A stretch of DNA of 64,000 nt from Syntrophales bacterium (GTDB lineage: Bacteria; Desulfobacterota; Syntrophia; Syntrophales; UBA2210): NCBI GenBank assembly GCA_963666365.2, contig CAXXNF010000001.1:96001-160000 (forward strand). Direction: 5' to 3'. Under the pieces are notes generated by a model, which saw only the letters and a list, made by a program, of their open reading frames with translations, was not told where the DNA came from and ran no database searches. Positions 1 to 10,811 of the stretch are shown one piece after another. Positions within the stretch are counted from its first letter, which is position 1. The number at the start of each line of letters is the position of its first letter. Made by a program: the position numbers and the translations under genes.

Positions 1-69
1 AAATGATGTATACGGTGTCTTTCATGCCAGGCTGTCTCAAATACTCTTGGTCCCTTCAGTCAGTGTTCC

Positions 70-110
70 ATAAAAAATGGGCGCACCCCTTACACCGGAT
101 ACGCCCATAA
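70..110 (-). terminator. Intrinsic terminator (expression platform of the TPP riboswitch)
   Basis: Minus strand ATGGGCGTATCC-loop-GGGGTGCGCCCAT followed by TTTTTT, directly downstream of the aptamer. Confidence 0.8.
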
Positions 111-119
111 AAGATTTCA

Positions 120-192
120 CATCGTCTCCCTACGCTGGCATTACCCAGGTCAGGTTCAAAGGGTATCTTCTCAGCCGTTCCGGCACCCCTGA
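120..192 (-). ncRNA. TPP (THI-box) riboswitch aptamer
   Basis: Minus strand reads AGGGGTGCC-GGAACGG-CTGAGAAGATACCCTTTGAACCTGACCTGGGTAATGCCAGCGTAGGGAG, containing the CTGAGA and GAACCTGA..TAATGCCAGCGTAGGGA hallmarks; the regulated gene runs off the left edge. Confidence 0.95.
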
Positions 193-432
193 AAACATCT
201 CTATTTTTAAAAGAGATGTATGCTACCACACTCTCTCAACCGAATCAAGAGAAATGACAACAGAGAAATGACACACCTGACTGCCTCAATATGACGCACA
301 CAGCAGTGCGCTGTCAGTGGAGAAAATATTGCTTGCAAAGGGATATCGATTTTGGCATAGCCTGTAGAGCACGCCTGAAAAATTTCATATACTGACAAAC
401 CGCATCGCATGTAGAGAGACAAAGGAACCGAC

Positions 433-1363
433 ATGTCTGCATTGAAAACACCCGCCCTCTTTCTTGCATCGCTATCTGCACTGGTCACGGTTATAATCCT
501 CATGACCGGCTGCCAGAGCAGGTATGAAAATCTGGATCTTTCGATGTATCAGTACCGCGATACAAAAAATCTGGTGAAATTTGTATATGATGCCGCATCC
601 ATATTGGAAAAAGAAGGGATGAAGGGACTGGATTATTTTCGCCGCAATCGCACTATGTTCATAACTGAGGATTATTACCTTTATATATACGATACTGACG
701 GCATCAATATGTTCCATGCGGGCATGGAACACCTTGAAGGGAAAAATCTCGCCGACATTACGGACAAAGACGGGAAAAAAACCCTATCAGATGGCCTTAC
801 GGGCCCTGAAAGATCCTCACAATCCTCATGCCTGGGTACACTATTCCTGGTGGGAACCGGGGAAATTTTATCCTGTTCCCAAATCATCCTGTCATTTCAA
901 GGTCACAACCCCTGAAGGAACACAGCTCTTCGTCGGTGGCGGATTGAATTATCCCTTCGAAGAAAAGGAATTTATCAGAATCATTGTGGACAGTGCGGTT
1001 GATCTCATCGAGAAAAAGGGGAAGAACGCCCTGTCCGAAATTTCAGATCCTCTGTCTAAATATCACTATCGTGATGTGTGCGTATTCGCCTTTCGCCCCA
1101 ACGGCGACATACTCATTTCTCCCATTATGGGCAGCAGCATCTACGGAATCCAACTCCTCGAGTGCAGGGACCAAGTCGGACACAGGCCCTTTATGAACGC
1201 CTTGAGCAAGCTTCAATCGACAGATCGTGCGTGGGAAATATTTATGGTGAAAAGCAGGTATCAGCGACAGCTTGTAAAAAAGTGCCTCTACCTTCGCAAC
1301 ACGGTCTTGTCGGGGGAAGAAATCTTTGTGGGTGCAATTACGAACCTCCCCATGCCGGTATAA
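433..1363 (+). CDS. Stand-alone tandem Cache-domain lipoprotein, split by a frameshift in an A7 run at 775-781
   Basis: Lipobox-like LMTGC. ORF 433..915 and ORF 716..1363 join as ...ITDKDGKK|PYQMALRAL.... Two sCache_2-like repeats (YLYIYDTDG..GKNLADITDKDGK..WVHYSWWEPG..PK; VFAFRPNG..CRDQVGH..K). Confidence 0.75.
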
Positions 1364-1382
1364 GAAGAACAGGAGTATGTCG

Positions 1383-2732
1383 ATGGACAAAGAAGAGTCT
1401 GCAATAGAGTATTCCGTAAATCAGGTTCCTCCCCTGCGGCACCTGTTGCTGTCGTCAATCCAGCATGTGCTTATTATGTTCGTGTCCCTTGCATTGCCCG
1501 TTATCTTTGCCAGCCAGATGATGGGAAGTGTTGAATTTACAAGAAATTTTATCGCCTTTTCCATGCTTGCGGCGGGTCTGGGATCTATTATGCAATCCGC
1601 CGGACTCCCCTTCATCGGTTCCCGCTATTTATGCCCCAATGTCTGCGGACCCTCCTATTTCAGTCTTTCATTATCCGCCGCATGGACGGGGGGCATTCCC
1701 CTGATGCGGGGAATGATCATTGTGGCAGGATTGATTGAGATGGCCCTTGCCCCGGTGCTTCAGAAGTTAAAGAATATATTCCCCACATTCATTGTGGGAC
1801 TCGTGGTCGCAATGGTCGGGGTAAGTGTAATAAAAATATCGGTGGCATCAGTGTTCGGCGTGGCCTATCAGGGAGACGGCATCCGCAACAGCGACATCAT
1901 CATCGGGATCTGCTCGCTGATGGTGATGGTGCTCTGTAATCTCTGGGGCAGGGGGTTTGTAAAGACTTATTGTCTCCTTATAGGAATGCTGGCGGGCTGG
2001 GTGCTTGCGGTCATGCTGCTTCCCGAATATTGGCATAACATCCTTGAAGTACGCAGCGTCCCCCTTTTCGCGCTCCCCTCGTTCGGCCATGAGTTCACCC
2101 ATATCACCTTTGATGTAAAAATGCTGATCCCCTTTACGATAATTGCAATCAGTGGTTCTCTGAAATCATTCGGCAATTTACTGGCGGCGCAGAAGATATC
2201 CGAACCAGGATTAGAGAAACCGAACTTTGTGCCCATCCGCAAAGGGCTTCTGGCGGATGGCGCCTCCACGGCACTGGCCGGTCTTCTTGGGGGAATGGCA
2301 GTCGATACGTCATCCAGCAACATCGGGCTCGCCGGCGCCACAAAGGTTCTCAGCCGCTGGATCAGCGTAGGCGCGGGCGTTATCTTCGTAATCCTGGCAT
2401 TCCTGCCAAAGATATCCGCTGTCCTGTCGCTTACACCTAAACCGGTATTCGGCGCGGCAATCGTGTTTACCGGCTGTTTCATGATATGCATCGGCCTCCA
2501 GGAAACGTTCAGTGAAACCTGGGACCCCCGGAAAACCTTTGTAGTGGGGATCGCGCTTTTTTCGGGCTTGAGCACCGCCTTTCTGCCGGGACTGTACGCA
2601 CGGGCGCCGCACGTGATTCAAATATTCTTTACCGACCCCCTGCCAACTACTGCAATTGTTGCGGTAATCCTTAATCAGATTTTTAACATCGATTTCGTAT
2701 TCGGGAAACTTAAGAAAAAAATTCACCGGTAA
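1383..2732 (+). CDS. NCS2 (uracil/xanthine permease-like) family transporter, atypical signature
   Basis: YSVNQVPP, QH in TM1, GLLADG, S-N-I-G-x4-T variant of the NAT motif, multiple TM helices; AGGAG RBS at 1371. Confidence 0.85.
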   Translation: MDKEESAIEYSVNQVPPLRHLLLSSIQHVLIMFVSLALPVIFASQMMGSVEFTRNFIAFSMLAAGLGSIMQSAGLPFIGSRYLCPNVCGPSYFSLSLSAAWTGGIPLMRGMIIVAGLIEMALAPVLQKLKNIFPTFIVGLVVAMVGVSVIKISVASVFGVAYQGDGIRNSDIIIGICSLMVMVLCNLWGRGFVKTYCLLIGMLAGWVLAVMLLPEYWHNILEVRSVPLFALPSFGHEFTHITFDVKMLIPFTIIAISGSLKSFGNLLAAQKISEPGLEKPNFVPIRKGLLADGASTALAGLLGGMAVDTSSSNIGLAGATKVLSRWISVGAGVIFVILAFLPKISAVLSLTPKPVFGAAIVFTGCFMICIGLQETFSETWDPRKTFVVGIALFSGLSTAFLPGLYARAPHVIQIFFTDPLPTTAIVAVILNQIFNIDFVFGKLKKKIHR

Positions 2733-2768
2733 CGGTGTACAGCCGTCCGTTCTGTAAGGAGGGAACCT

Positions 2769-4691
2769 ATGCTGCAACGGATCTTTTCACCTATTGAAAT
2801 CGGGAGTGTGACGATTCCCAACCGGCTTGTAGTGCCAGCGATGGTCATGAACTATTGCAACACCGACGGTACGGCAACGGAACGGTACAGTGCCTATCAC
2901 GAGGCAAAGGCCCGTGGCGGCTGGGGGCTCATCATCACAGAGGATTATGCCGTAAACCCCCTGGGGAAGGGATTTCCGAACATTCCCGGACTTTGGGAAG
3001 ACAGCCAGATAGAAAGTCACCGGCACGTGACCGAACGGGTGCATAACGCCGGCGGCATCCTCTTTGCGCAGATCTATCACTGCGGGCGGCAAACCTCGAA
3101 TCGGGTAATCGGATGCCGGCCCGTTGCCCCGTCTCCCATACCATGCCCAGCGGTCAAAGAAATGCCCCGTGAACTCACCGTGCCGGAAATACACAGACTC
3201 GTCGAAGAATTCGGCGACTGCGCGCTCCGGGCACGGCAGGCGGGCTTTGACGGCATAGAGGTGCACGGCGCCCACGGCTATCTCATTGCCCAGTTTCTGT
3301 CCTCCTACTCCAACAAACGAACCGACGCCTATGGGGGGAATTTTTTGAATCGCCTCCGCTTCTCAATTGAAATTATAGAGAATATACGGGCAAAAGCGGG
3401 GGACGACTTCCCGGTCATATTTCGCATATCGGCAGACGAAATGGTACCGGGGGGCAGAACCATCGAAGACACGAAGGCCATCGCCATGATGCTCCAAGAC
3501 GCAGGCGTCCATGCGCTGCATGTCAGCGTCGGCGCCTATGGAAGCGGCTACGCGATCATTCCTCCTGGGGCGGTGGGTCACGGGTGGATCACTCACTGGG
3601 CGGAAGAAGTAAAAAAGGTGGTCGCCCTCCCGGTCATTACCGTCGGAAGGATCACCGATCCCTTTATTGCAGAATCGATACTCGCCTCCGGGGCGGCGGA
3701 TCTGATCGCCATGGGCAGGGCCTCGCTTGCCGATCCGGCACTTCCTCGAAAAGCAGCCGCAGGAAGGTACGATGACATTAATGCCTGTATCGCCTGCATG
3801 CAGGGATGCCAGGGAATGATTGCCGCCTACAAACCGGCCACCTGCCTTGTCAACCCCACCCTTGGAAAAGAAAAGGAAAGCGTGATCACGGCAGCCGAAA
3901 CCAAAAAGAAGGTCTTTATCGCCGGTGGCGGCCCCGCAGGAATGGAAACGGCAATGGTGGCGGCGCTGCGCGGACATGAAGTGCACCTTTTTGAAGAACG
4001 TCAATGGCTGGGGGGGCAGCTTTACCTCGCCGCCATTCCACCTGCCAAGGGCGAATTTTCCGGCTTCATCAGGTGGCTGAAGACGCGTCTCGACGACCTT
4101 GGCGTACAGGTCCACCTGTCAAGAACACTGACGGAGGAACAGGTCCGTGCGGACACACCGGACATCGTCGTGATTGCCACGGGAAGCATCGCGCGTTCTC
4201 TGGCCCTGCCGGGCATGGAAACAGCCTCCTTCGTTACAGCCCAGGATGCCCTGGAGGGCACGGTGGCCGTGGGCAGGAGAACCGCTGTTATAGGAGGAGG
4301 CTCGACCGGAGCGGAAACGGCGGCACATCTGGCGCATCATGGCAAATCGGTCGATCTTTTTGAGATGCTGCCCCACATTGCCTCAGATGAAGAAGCAACT
4401 ACTCGCCGATTTCTCCTTGAAATGCTGGCGGAAAAAAATGTTCGGATTCATGTAAACTCCATCGTGAAAGAAGTCTCGCGCGACGGCATCCTGATCGAAC
4501 ACGCGGGCATGAGAGAAACCTGTGGTCCCTTCGATACCGTGGTCACCGCAGTAGGATCGAAACCGCGCAATGAAGCGGTTGAGAGGATGAAGTCCCTGGG
4601 AGTCGAGGTCATCGTGGTGGGAGACGCCTCAATGGTGCGAAATGCGCTTGAAGCCGTTGCTGAAGGCTATCGCGCCGGCCTTTCGATTTAG
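2769..4691 (+). CDS. NADH:flavin oxidoreductase (OYE/2,4-dienoyl-CoA reductase/BaiCD-like) with 4Fe-4S and FAD domains
   Basis: NRLVVPAM, EVHGAHGYL..QFLS..NKRTDAYGG, CIACMQGC..C, GGGPAG and GGGSTG motifs. Confidence 0.92.
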   Translation: MLQRIFSPIEIGSVTIPNRLVVPAMVMNYCNTDGTATERYSAYHEAKARGGWGLIITEDYAVNPLGKGFPNIPGLWEDSQIESHRHVTERVHNAGGILFAQIYHCGRQTSNRVIGCRPVAPSPIPCPAVKEMPRELTVPEIHRLVEEFGDCALRARQAGFDGIEVHGAHGYLIAQFLSSYSNKRTDAYGGNFLNRLRFSIEIIENIRAKAGDDFPVIFRISADEMVPGGRTIEDTKAIAMMLQDAGVHALHVSVGAYGSGYAIIPPGAVGHGWITHWAEEVKKVVALPVITVGRITDPFIAESILASGAADLIAMGRASLADPALPRKAAAGRYDDINACIACMQGCQGMIAAYKPATCLVNPTLGKEKESVITAAETKKKVFIAGGGPAGMETAMVAALRGHEVHLFEERQWLGGQLYLAAIPPAKGEFSGFIRWLKTRLDDLGVQVHLSRTLTEEQVRADTPDIVVIATGSIARSLALPGMETASFVTAQDALEGTVAVGRRTAVIGGGSTGAETAAHLAHHGKSVDLFEMLPHIASDEEATTRRFLLEMLAEKNVRIHVNSIVKEVSRDGILIEHAGMRETCGPFDTVVTAVGSKPRNEAVERMKSLGVEVIVVGDASMVRNALEAVAEGYRAGLSI

Positions 4692-4735
4692 GAACACCAC
4701 GCGCTTTGACCATACTCGCACGAAGCGTCCTTTCC

Positions 4736-5721
4736 TTACTTTTCCCGGACCTCAAGGCCGAGCCGTTCCAGCAGTGCAAGGTCCTCGTCGAGGGACCGCC
4801 CTTTCGTGGTCAGATAATTATTTGTCATGACCCCGCTGGCGCCGGCATAATAAATAAGCGGGTGAAGCTCCTTCAGGTTCCATTCTCTTCCGCCGCATAC
4901 AATGAGTTCCTTGTCGGGAAGCACATAGCGGAACAGGGCAATAATTTTGAGACACCGAAGCGGCGACAGCGGCGGCGCCTGGGCGAGCCTGGTTCCGGGA
5001 ATCGGCTAACCAGAAAATTGAGGGGCACTGCATCTACATCAAGGGTTTTCAGCGCCAAGGCCAGTTCCAGCACCTGCCTATCCGTCTCACCCGTTCCGAA
5101 CACCCCGCCTGAACAGATGGAAAGGCCCGCCTGTTTCGCTGCCAGTATCGTATCCACCCGCGCTCCATAGGAGTGGGAGGTGCACAGGCGATCGAAATGG
5201 CTTTCCGCTGTTTCGAGATTGTGATGGTATCTACCCACTCCGGCTTCCTTTAACAGCTGCAGGGCATCATCATCGAGAATGCCGAGAGAGGCACAGGCGC
5301 CGATGCCTTCCGCATCGAGACCGGAAAGCGCCGCCGCTACAACTGCAACCTCTCGCCGGGGAAGTCCTCTCCCGCTGGTGACCACGGAATAACGGTGCAC
5401 CGGCGTCAATGCTGCGCGCCTTCCTGTCTCATGAAGCTCATCACTGGAACGCAACGGATACACGGGGGCATCCGTGTCGGCCGCCGATGACTGCGCACAG
5501 AAGGCGCAGTTCTCACTGCACCTGCCCGACTTGCCGTTCACAATCGTGCAGAGCTGAATGGCATTGCCGAAAAAATGAGTCCGTATCAGGTCGGCCCCCG
5601 CCATAAGCGAAAGTATCTCCCTTTCGGGCGTTTCGGCAAGCTCCTCACATATTTCTCTTCCGGGGACATTCCCCTCTATCACCGCCTCGGCCAGTTCCAA
5701 CAGCCCTTTCCGGTTCATCAT
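4736..5721 (-). pseudogene. bioB: Biotin synthase, frameshifted at ~5006-5010
   Basis: Radical-SAM CSENCAFC and YHHNLET; after VPLNFLV the conserved PIPGT..CGGRE..NNYLTT C-terminus continues in another frame to the stop at 4736. Confidence 0.88.
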
Positions 5722-5725
5722 TGAT

Positions 5726-6358
5726 TCAGCCTTTCACGCAAAAATATCTATCAAAGGCCTCTTTCAGCGCAGAGGCATCCATCGACGGCAGGGGGGGGAC
5801 CTCGGCAAGCACCTCCGTCTTTCCGTAATGCACTATGGCGTCCCGGTTGGACCCATTTTCAGGACCGTTCATGACCACGCCGAACACATCGAGCCCCCGC
5901 GCCCTGAGCGCTGCCAGAGAAAGCAGCGTATGATTGATGGTGCCCAGGGTGCTTCGTGCAACCAGAATCACGGGCAGATTCAGGAGCTGCATCAGATCAC
6001 CCATGTATTCCTTTTCATTCAGCGGCGCCATGATGCCTCCCGCCCCTTCCACTATCAGATAGCCCTCTGTGCGAGGCACGCTGAATGCGGCAAGATCGAT
6101 CAGCACACCCTCGGCAGCAGCCGATGCGTGAGGCGACAACGCACGGAGGAGCCGGTATGTTTCAGGAAAAAAATGAGTTTCCGGCAAACCGGTGGCCCGT
6201 CGAATCCATTCCGTATCGGTTGTGTCCTCAAGTCCGCTCTGGACAGGTTTCCAGTATGCGCCCTTAAGACCGGCCATCAGAATCGCCGAAATCACGGTCT
6301 TCCCTACATCGGTATCAGTGCCGGTTACAAAAAACCGGCGGGGAAATAATTTTTTCAT
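5726..6358 (-). CDS. bioD: Dethiobiotin synthase
   Basis: FVTGTDTDVGKT, WKPVQSG, VEGAGG, LGTINHTLLS. Confidence 0.95.
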   Translation of the reverse strand: MKKLFPRRFFVTGTDTDVGKTVISAILMAGLKGAYWKPVQSGLEDTTDTEWIRRATGLPETHFFPETYRLLRALSPHASAAAEGVLIDLAAFSVPRTEGYLIVEGAGGIMAPLNEKEYMGDLMQLLNLPVILVARSTLGTINHTLLSLAALRARGLDVFGVVMNGPENGSNRDAIVHYGKTEVLAEVPPLPSMDASALKEAFDRYFCVKG

Positions 6359-7533
6359 TGTCCATGCTCCCACGACCACCGCCGAAACCCGTCAACAAGC
6401 CGGCGGATATGTTCATCAGTGTGTAATACCGAAAGGGTCAGACGGATTCTCGATTCCCCCCGTGCCACCGTGGGTGGCCGCACGGCGAGGGCCAGCAGAC
6501 CGCTCTCTTCCAGTTTTTTCGATAGCGCCAGGGTCTCTTCTTCGCCGCCGATGAGCACCGGAACGATCTGCGTAATCGAATCACCGGTGTCGAATCCCAG
6601 CGCATGGAGGGCATCCCTCAGATACTCCGCCTTTTGCCGGATCTCCCTTCTCTCCTTCTCCATGGAGGGAACCAGATCGAGGGCGGCATCTATCGCTCCC
6701 ACCACAGGGGGAGGAAGGGCCGTGCTGTAGATAAATCCTGAGCAGTAATTGACCATGTAGTCGCGCATCCTCTGCGACAGGGCAAAGTAGGCCCCGAAAG
6801 ATCCCAGCGCCTTGCCGAAGGTACCCACACAAATATCCGCCTTCCCGTCACAGGCGAGCCCCATGCCCCTTGCTCCCTGAACCCCGGTGGCGTGGGCCTC
6901 ATCAACAATGGTAATAATCTGATACTCGGCGCCCAGGGAGGCCAGCCTGTCGACATCTCCGCAGTCCCCGTCCATGCTGAAGACCGATTCGGTTACCACC
7001 AGCACCCGTGAATACCCCCTGGTCAGGCTCGCCTCGAGAAGTTCACGCAGGTGACCCATATCGTTATGGCGGTAGGGAATCACCTCGCATCTCGCCAGCC
7101 GGGCGCCCTCAATGATGCTTCGATGGTTCAATGCATCCGAAAGTATTAATGCATGCCGATCCGCCAGGGCGGCCAGCAGAGACAGATTTGCCTGATATCC
7201 CGAATTGAGAATCAGGGCCGCCTCGGTCCCTTTCAGACGGGCCAGTTTTTCTTCAACCTCTTCCATGCACTGATAGGTGCCGCAGATAAGCCGCGACGCC
7301 GTCGCACCCGTGCCGTATCGCCTGCTGAACTCCTGTGACCGCTCTATGAGAAGAGGATGTTTGGAAAGCCCCAGGTAATCATTGGAACAGAAATTGACCA
7401 TGGTGCGCCCCTCCGTTTCCACTTCGATCGCCGATGTGGGGAAAAGGGGCCGCAGTGTGCGAAACCGGCGACCGGACCTCCTTTTCTCAAGCGCCTCTTC
7501 GACAAATCCGTACGAGCGGGGAACCGGCATCAT
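6355..7533 (-). CDS. bioF: 8-amino-7-oxononanoate synthase
   Basis: [38 protein letters not shown]. Confidence 0.95.
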   Translation of the reverse strand: MMPVPRSYGFVEEALEKRRSGRRFRTLRPLFPTSAIEVETEGRTMVNFCSNDYLGLSKHPLLIERSQEFSRRYGTGATASRLICGTYQCMEEVEEKLARLKGTEAALILNSGYQANLSLLAALADRHALILSDALNHRSIIEGARLARCEVIPYRHNDMGHLRELLEASLTRGYSRVLVVTESVFSMDGDCGDVDRLASLGAEYQIITIVDEAHATGVQGARGMGLACDGKADICVGTFGKALGSFGAYFALSQRMRDYMVNYCSGFIYSTALPPPVVGAIDAALDLVPSMEKERREIRQKAEYLRDALHALGFDTGDSITQIVPVLIGGEEETLALSKKLEESGLLALAVRPPTVARGESRIRLTLSVLHTDEHIRRLVDGFRRWSWEHGQ

Positions 7534-8819
7534 AGTCCTTCCTCTTCGACGGCTTCGACAATGGCGCCGGTGATCTGCAGCAGGTCGTCCTTTTCGATGC
7601 AATAGGGGGGCATGGTATAGACGCGTGTTCCGAAAGGTCGAAGCCAGACTCCTTTGTCCACAAACCGTTTCTGAATGGATGCCATGTGGACCGGCTTTTT
7701 GAGTTCAACAACGCCGATCGCACCGAGGACCCTCACATCGGCTACATTCGGATATTTTTCGCAGGGCATGAGCGCTTCTCGAAGGCATGTCTCTATTGCC
7801 GTCACCCGCTCCTTCCAGGGACTTTCACAGAGCAGTGCCACGCTTGCCCGCGCGACCGCGCAGGCAAGCGGGTTTCCCATGAATGTGGGACCATGCATGA
7901 ATGCCCCCGATCCATACCCGGAAATCCCTTCGCTTATCCGCTCGGTGGTCAATGTCGCGGCAAGGCTCATATATCCACCGGTGAGCGCCTTGCCCAGGCA
8001 CATAATGTCGGGAGCAATATCCGCGTGTTCGCAGGCGAAAAGGACACCGGTACGGCCGAACCCCGTGGCGATTTCATCAAGAATGAGCAGCACGTCGTAG
8101 GTATTGCAGAGTTCCCTTACGCGGCGAAGGTATCGGGGAGCGTAAAACCTCATCCCCCCCGCCCCCTGCACGACCGGTTCCAGGATTACCGCTGCCAGTT
8201 CTCTATGGTGCGTGGATATAAGGTTTTTAAAATCAATTATATATGATTCATCCCACAGTGCATCAAAGCGGCATCGGGGCGCCTCCGCAAAGTAGTGCTT
8301 CTGCAGCAGGCCGGAAAACATCTCATGCATACCCGTTATCGGATCGCACACGGCCATGGCCCCAAAGGTATCGCCATGGTAGCCCGAACGGATCGTCAGC
8401 AGCCGGTTCTTTTCAGGCCGGCCCAGCGCATACCAGTACTGGATCGCCATCTTGATGGCCACTTCCACGCTTACCGAACCCGAATCACAGAGGAAAACCT
8501 TCTGCAAGGGTTCCGGAGTGAGGTCGATCAGAAGCCGGGCCAGTTCGATCGCCGGTTTGTGAGTGAGACCGCCGAACATAACGTGCGACATTGACGCAAT
8601 CTGCCGGCAGGCCGCCTCATTCAGAACCGGGTGATTATACCCGTGTATGGCGGCCCACCACGACGACATGCCGTCTATCAGTTCCCGACCGTCGGCAAGC
8701 CTGAGCCGGACTCCCTCCGCCGACACCACGGGATAGGTAGGAATCGGATCGCGCATAGAGGTATAGGGATGCCAGAGGTGGTCCCGGTCGAATTCACCTG
8801 CACGCTGCCACTCATTCAT
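7530..8819 (-). CDS. bioA: Adenosylmethionine-8-amino-7-oxononanoate aminotransferase
   Basis: [50 protein letters not shown]. Confidence 0.97.
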   Translation of the reverse strand: MNEWQRAGEFDRDHLWHPYTSMRDPIPTYPVVSAEGVRLRLADGRELIDGMSSWWAAIHGYNHPVLNEAACRQIASMSHVMFGGLTHKPAIELARLLIDLTPEPLQKVFLCDSGSVSVEVAIKMAIQYWYALGRPEKNRLLTIRSGYHGDTFGAMAVCDPITGMHEMFSGLLQKHYFAEAPRCRFDALWDESYIIDFKNLISTHHRELAAVILEPVVQGAGGMRFYAPRYLRRVRELCNTYDVLLILDEIATGFGRTGVLFACEHADIAPDIMCLGKALTGGYMSLAATLTTERISEGISGYGSGAFMHGPTFMGNPLACAVARASVALLCESPWKERVTAIETCLREALMPCEKYPNVADVRVLGAIGVVELKKPVHMASIQKRFVDKGVWLRPFGTRVYTMPPYCIEKDDLLQITGAIVEAVEEEGL

Positions 8820-9786
8820 GCCGGGTTTTCCTTACCGATACATCCCCGGAAAGGATCTTTTGAAAACGGCCATCGACATTTTCAAGAATGAGCCCTCCCC
8901 CTTCATCAATGTCGACCACCAGGCCTTCTTCACATCCATCTCCTCTGGTTACCGTCACTTCCGCCCCTATCATGTCGCTCATCTCCTTCCACCTGCGGCG
9001 AAAAGGCTCAAAACCGGCGTGCTGAAATTCATCATAACACCCCTCAAGCTCGGCAAGAATGTCCTGGAGGAGTTTCACCCTTTCGACGGTACGCCCTCCT
9101 TCCGCTCTGAGCGATGTGGCGCTGCTCGCCAGTTCTTCGGGGAAATCGGCTTGTTCCGTATTCACATTAATGCCAATGCCGACCACGATCCATTCCAGAC
9201 GATCCATCTCGGCGCCCATCTCCGCAAGAATGCCGGCCACCTTTTTCCCCTTGATCAGCACATCGTTGGGCCATTTGAGCCGTGGAGAGAGGTGAGTCGC
9301 CTCTTCAATAGCCCCTGCAACGGCAACCCCTGCGACGAGAGGAATTTTCGGCGCCTCGGCGGGACGGATCGCCGGTCTCAGAATAATCGAGAAATAGATG
9401 CCTCCCCCAGGGGAACTCCAGGCCCTTCCCATGCGCCCCCGCCCTTCACTCTGCCTTTCGGCAACCACAACGGTTCCCTCTACGGCCCCTTCGGCCGCCA
9501 TCTTTTTGGCATAATCCTGCGTCGATTGCACTTCCGGACAGTAGGTGACGGAACGACCGAGCACACGCGTAACAAGTCCTGCGCCGATCTCTTCGGGCAG
9601 CAGAAAATCGGGCGCGCTCATCAGAGAATAGCCGCGGCGGGGCGTTGAACAGATTACATAACCTTCCCTTCGAAGCTCCTTCACATGCTTCCAGACGGCA
9701 CTTCGCGAAATGCCCGCAGCCCTTCCCAGAGCTTCTCCGGAAACTTCTCCGCCACGTTTAAGATGGGCCAGTATCGCCTTTTTCAT
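8812..9786 (-). CDS. birA: Bifunctional biotin ligase/repressor (type II, N-terminal HTH)
   Basis: [38 protein letters not shown]. Confidence 0.95.
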   Translation of the reverse strand: MKKAILAHLKRGGEVSGEALGRAAGISRSAVWKHVKELRREGYVICSTPRRGYSLMSAPDFLLPEEIGAGLVTRVLGRSVTYCPEVQSTQDYAKKMAAEGAVEGTVVVAERQSEGRGRMGRAWSSPGGGIYFSIILRPAIRPAEAPKIPLVAGVAVAGAIEEATHLSPRLKWPNDVLIKGKKVAGILAEMGAEMDRLEWIVVGIGINVNTEQADFPEELASSATSLRAEGGRTVERVKLLQDILAELEGCYDEFQHAGFEPFRRRWKEMSDMIGAEVTVTRGDGCEEGLVVDIDEGGGLILENVDGRFQKILSGDVSVRKTRHE

Positions 9787-9815
9787 GCTTCAGTGCTGTA
9801 AACGATCAGAAAATA

Positions 9816-9849
9816 ATTGTCAACCCTAATTTTAAATAAGGTTGACAAT
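9816..9849. promoter_or_regulatory. BirA operator (bioO)
   Basis: Palindrome ATTGTCAAC-N16-GTTGACAAT ~30 bp upstream of birA, matching the TTGTnAAC-N15/16-GTTnACAA consensus. Confidence 0.9.
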
Positions 9850-10275
9850 GGCGTGGGTCTTGACATGGAATCGATCAGGCTATCCGCCAAGAGGGGAATT
9901 GTCTACCACGATCCAACTGATGCCGATGAATATAACGAAGGCAATGTAAATAACGTCTTGGTTGGCATTGTCAGCAAAGACACAAAAAAACTCACAAGCA
10001 GAAAATACGAATGGGGGGGCAACGACTATAGCACCGTCATCGAGCGGTTTTCATCAGGCCGATATTTGCAAATTAGCATTTCTACACCGATTGTGATTGT
10101 CCTTCAGTTCCTAGGGCATGATCAATTTCTGGGCAGTATACTTAATTAACAGTCTGCAGGATAATACGATAGCCAATAAAATACAACGACACTTATTAGT
10201 ACTTCTTGCTTATCTATACTGTCCCTGGAATTGACGCCGTTTTTTTGACGATGGATTCGGGGGTAAAGTGCATTC

Positions 10276-10344
10276 TTGACAAAGATGAAATCGTTGGTAT
10301 ATTAGTTATTACGAATATATTATGATTAGAATATATTGTGATTC
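10276..10344 (+). promoter_or_regulatory. Sigma70-like promoter followed by a 16-bp tandem repeat (probable ArsR operator)
   Basis: TTGACA(10276)-N16-TATATT with TG extension; GAATATATTATGATTA / GAATATATTGTGATTC at 10313-10344 just before the ArsR gene. Confidence 0.55.
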
Positions 10345-10361
10345 GAATCTTTTGATGGTGG

Positions 10362-10640
10362 ATGAATGCTATGGATTACAAAGCTGTATCGGCGTTTTTT
10401 AAGGCCATGGGTAACCCTACCAGACTGAAGATATTGGCGGAACTGGCAATAGAGGAACGGTGCGTCGCTGATGTGGAAAGCCTCATTGGAGCAGGTCAAG
10501 CAAACATTTCACAACATCTGGCGATCCTTAAACGGAATGAAATCGTCGACTGTCGGAAGGAGGGGAATTTACGATGCTACTTTCTGAAACAACCGGCTTT
10601 GGTGAAAAGCATCCTCGAGGCAGTCACAGAGAGGGAATAA
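10362..10640 (+). CDS. ArsR/SmtB family transcriptional regulator
   Basis: FKAMGNPTRLKIL, CVADV, QANISQHLAILK wHTH pattern. Confidence 0.92.
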   Translation: MNAMDYKAVSAFFKAMGNPTRLKILAELAIEERCVADVESLIGAGQANISQHLAILKRNEIVDCRKEGNLRCYFLKQPALVKSILEAVTERE

Positions 10641-10811
10641 CTGACGGGTAAATCACATCGGCCCAGTATATCAGCGGAACTGCCAAGAAAATGAAGGTAG
10701 AAATATTGATGCATATCCCACATTCGGCAAGAATTGCAGTTTCACAAACAGCAACTATTCCGAGACAGCCAGTCACTGGAAAGGCGAATCCACGTGAGGA
10801 GATTGGAGATT

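Noticed and set aside
1..25. Possible start (MKDTVYII) of the TPP-regulated gene on the minus strand
   Set aside because: Only 8 codons in the window; cannot be supported or identified
9817..10149. 110-aa ORF upstream of birA
   Set aside because: TTG start lies inside the bioO operator, with no RBS or recognisable motif
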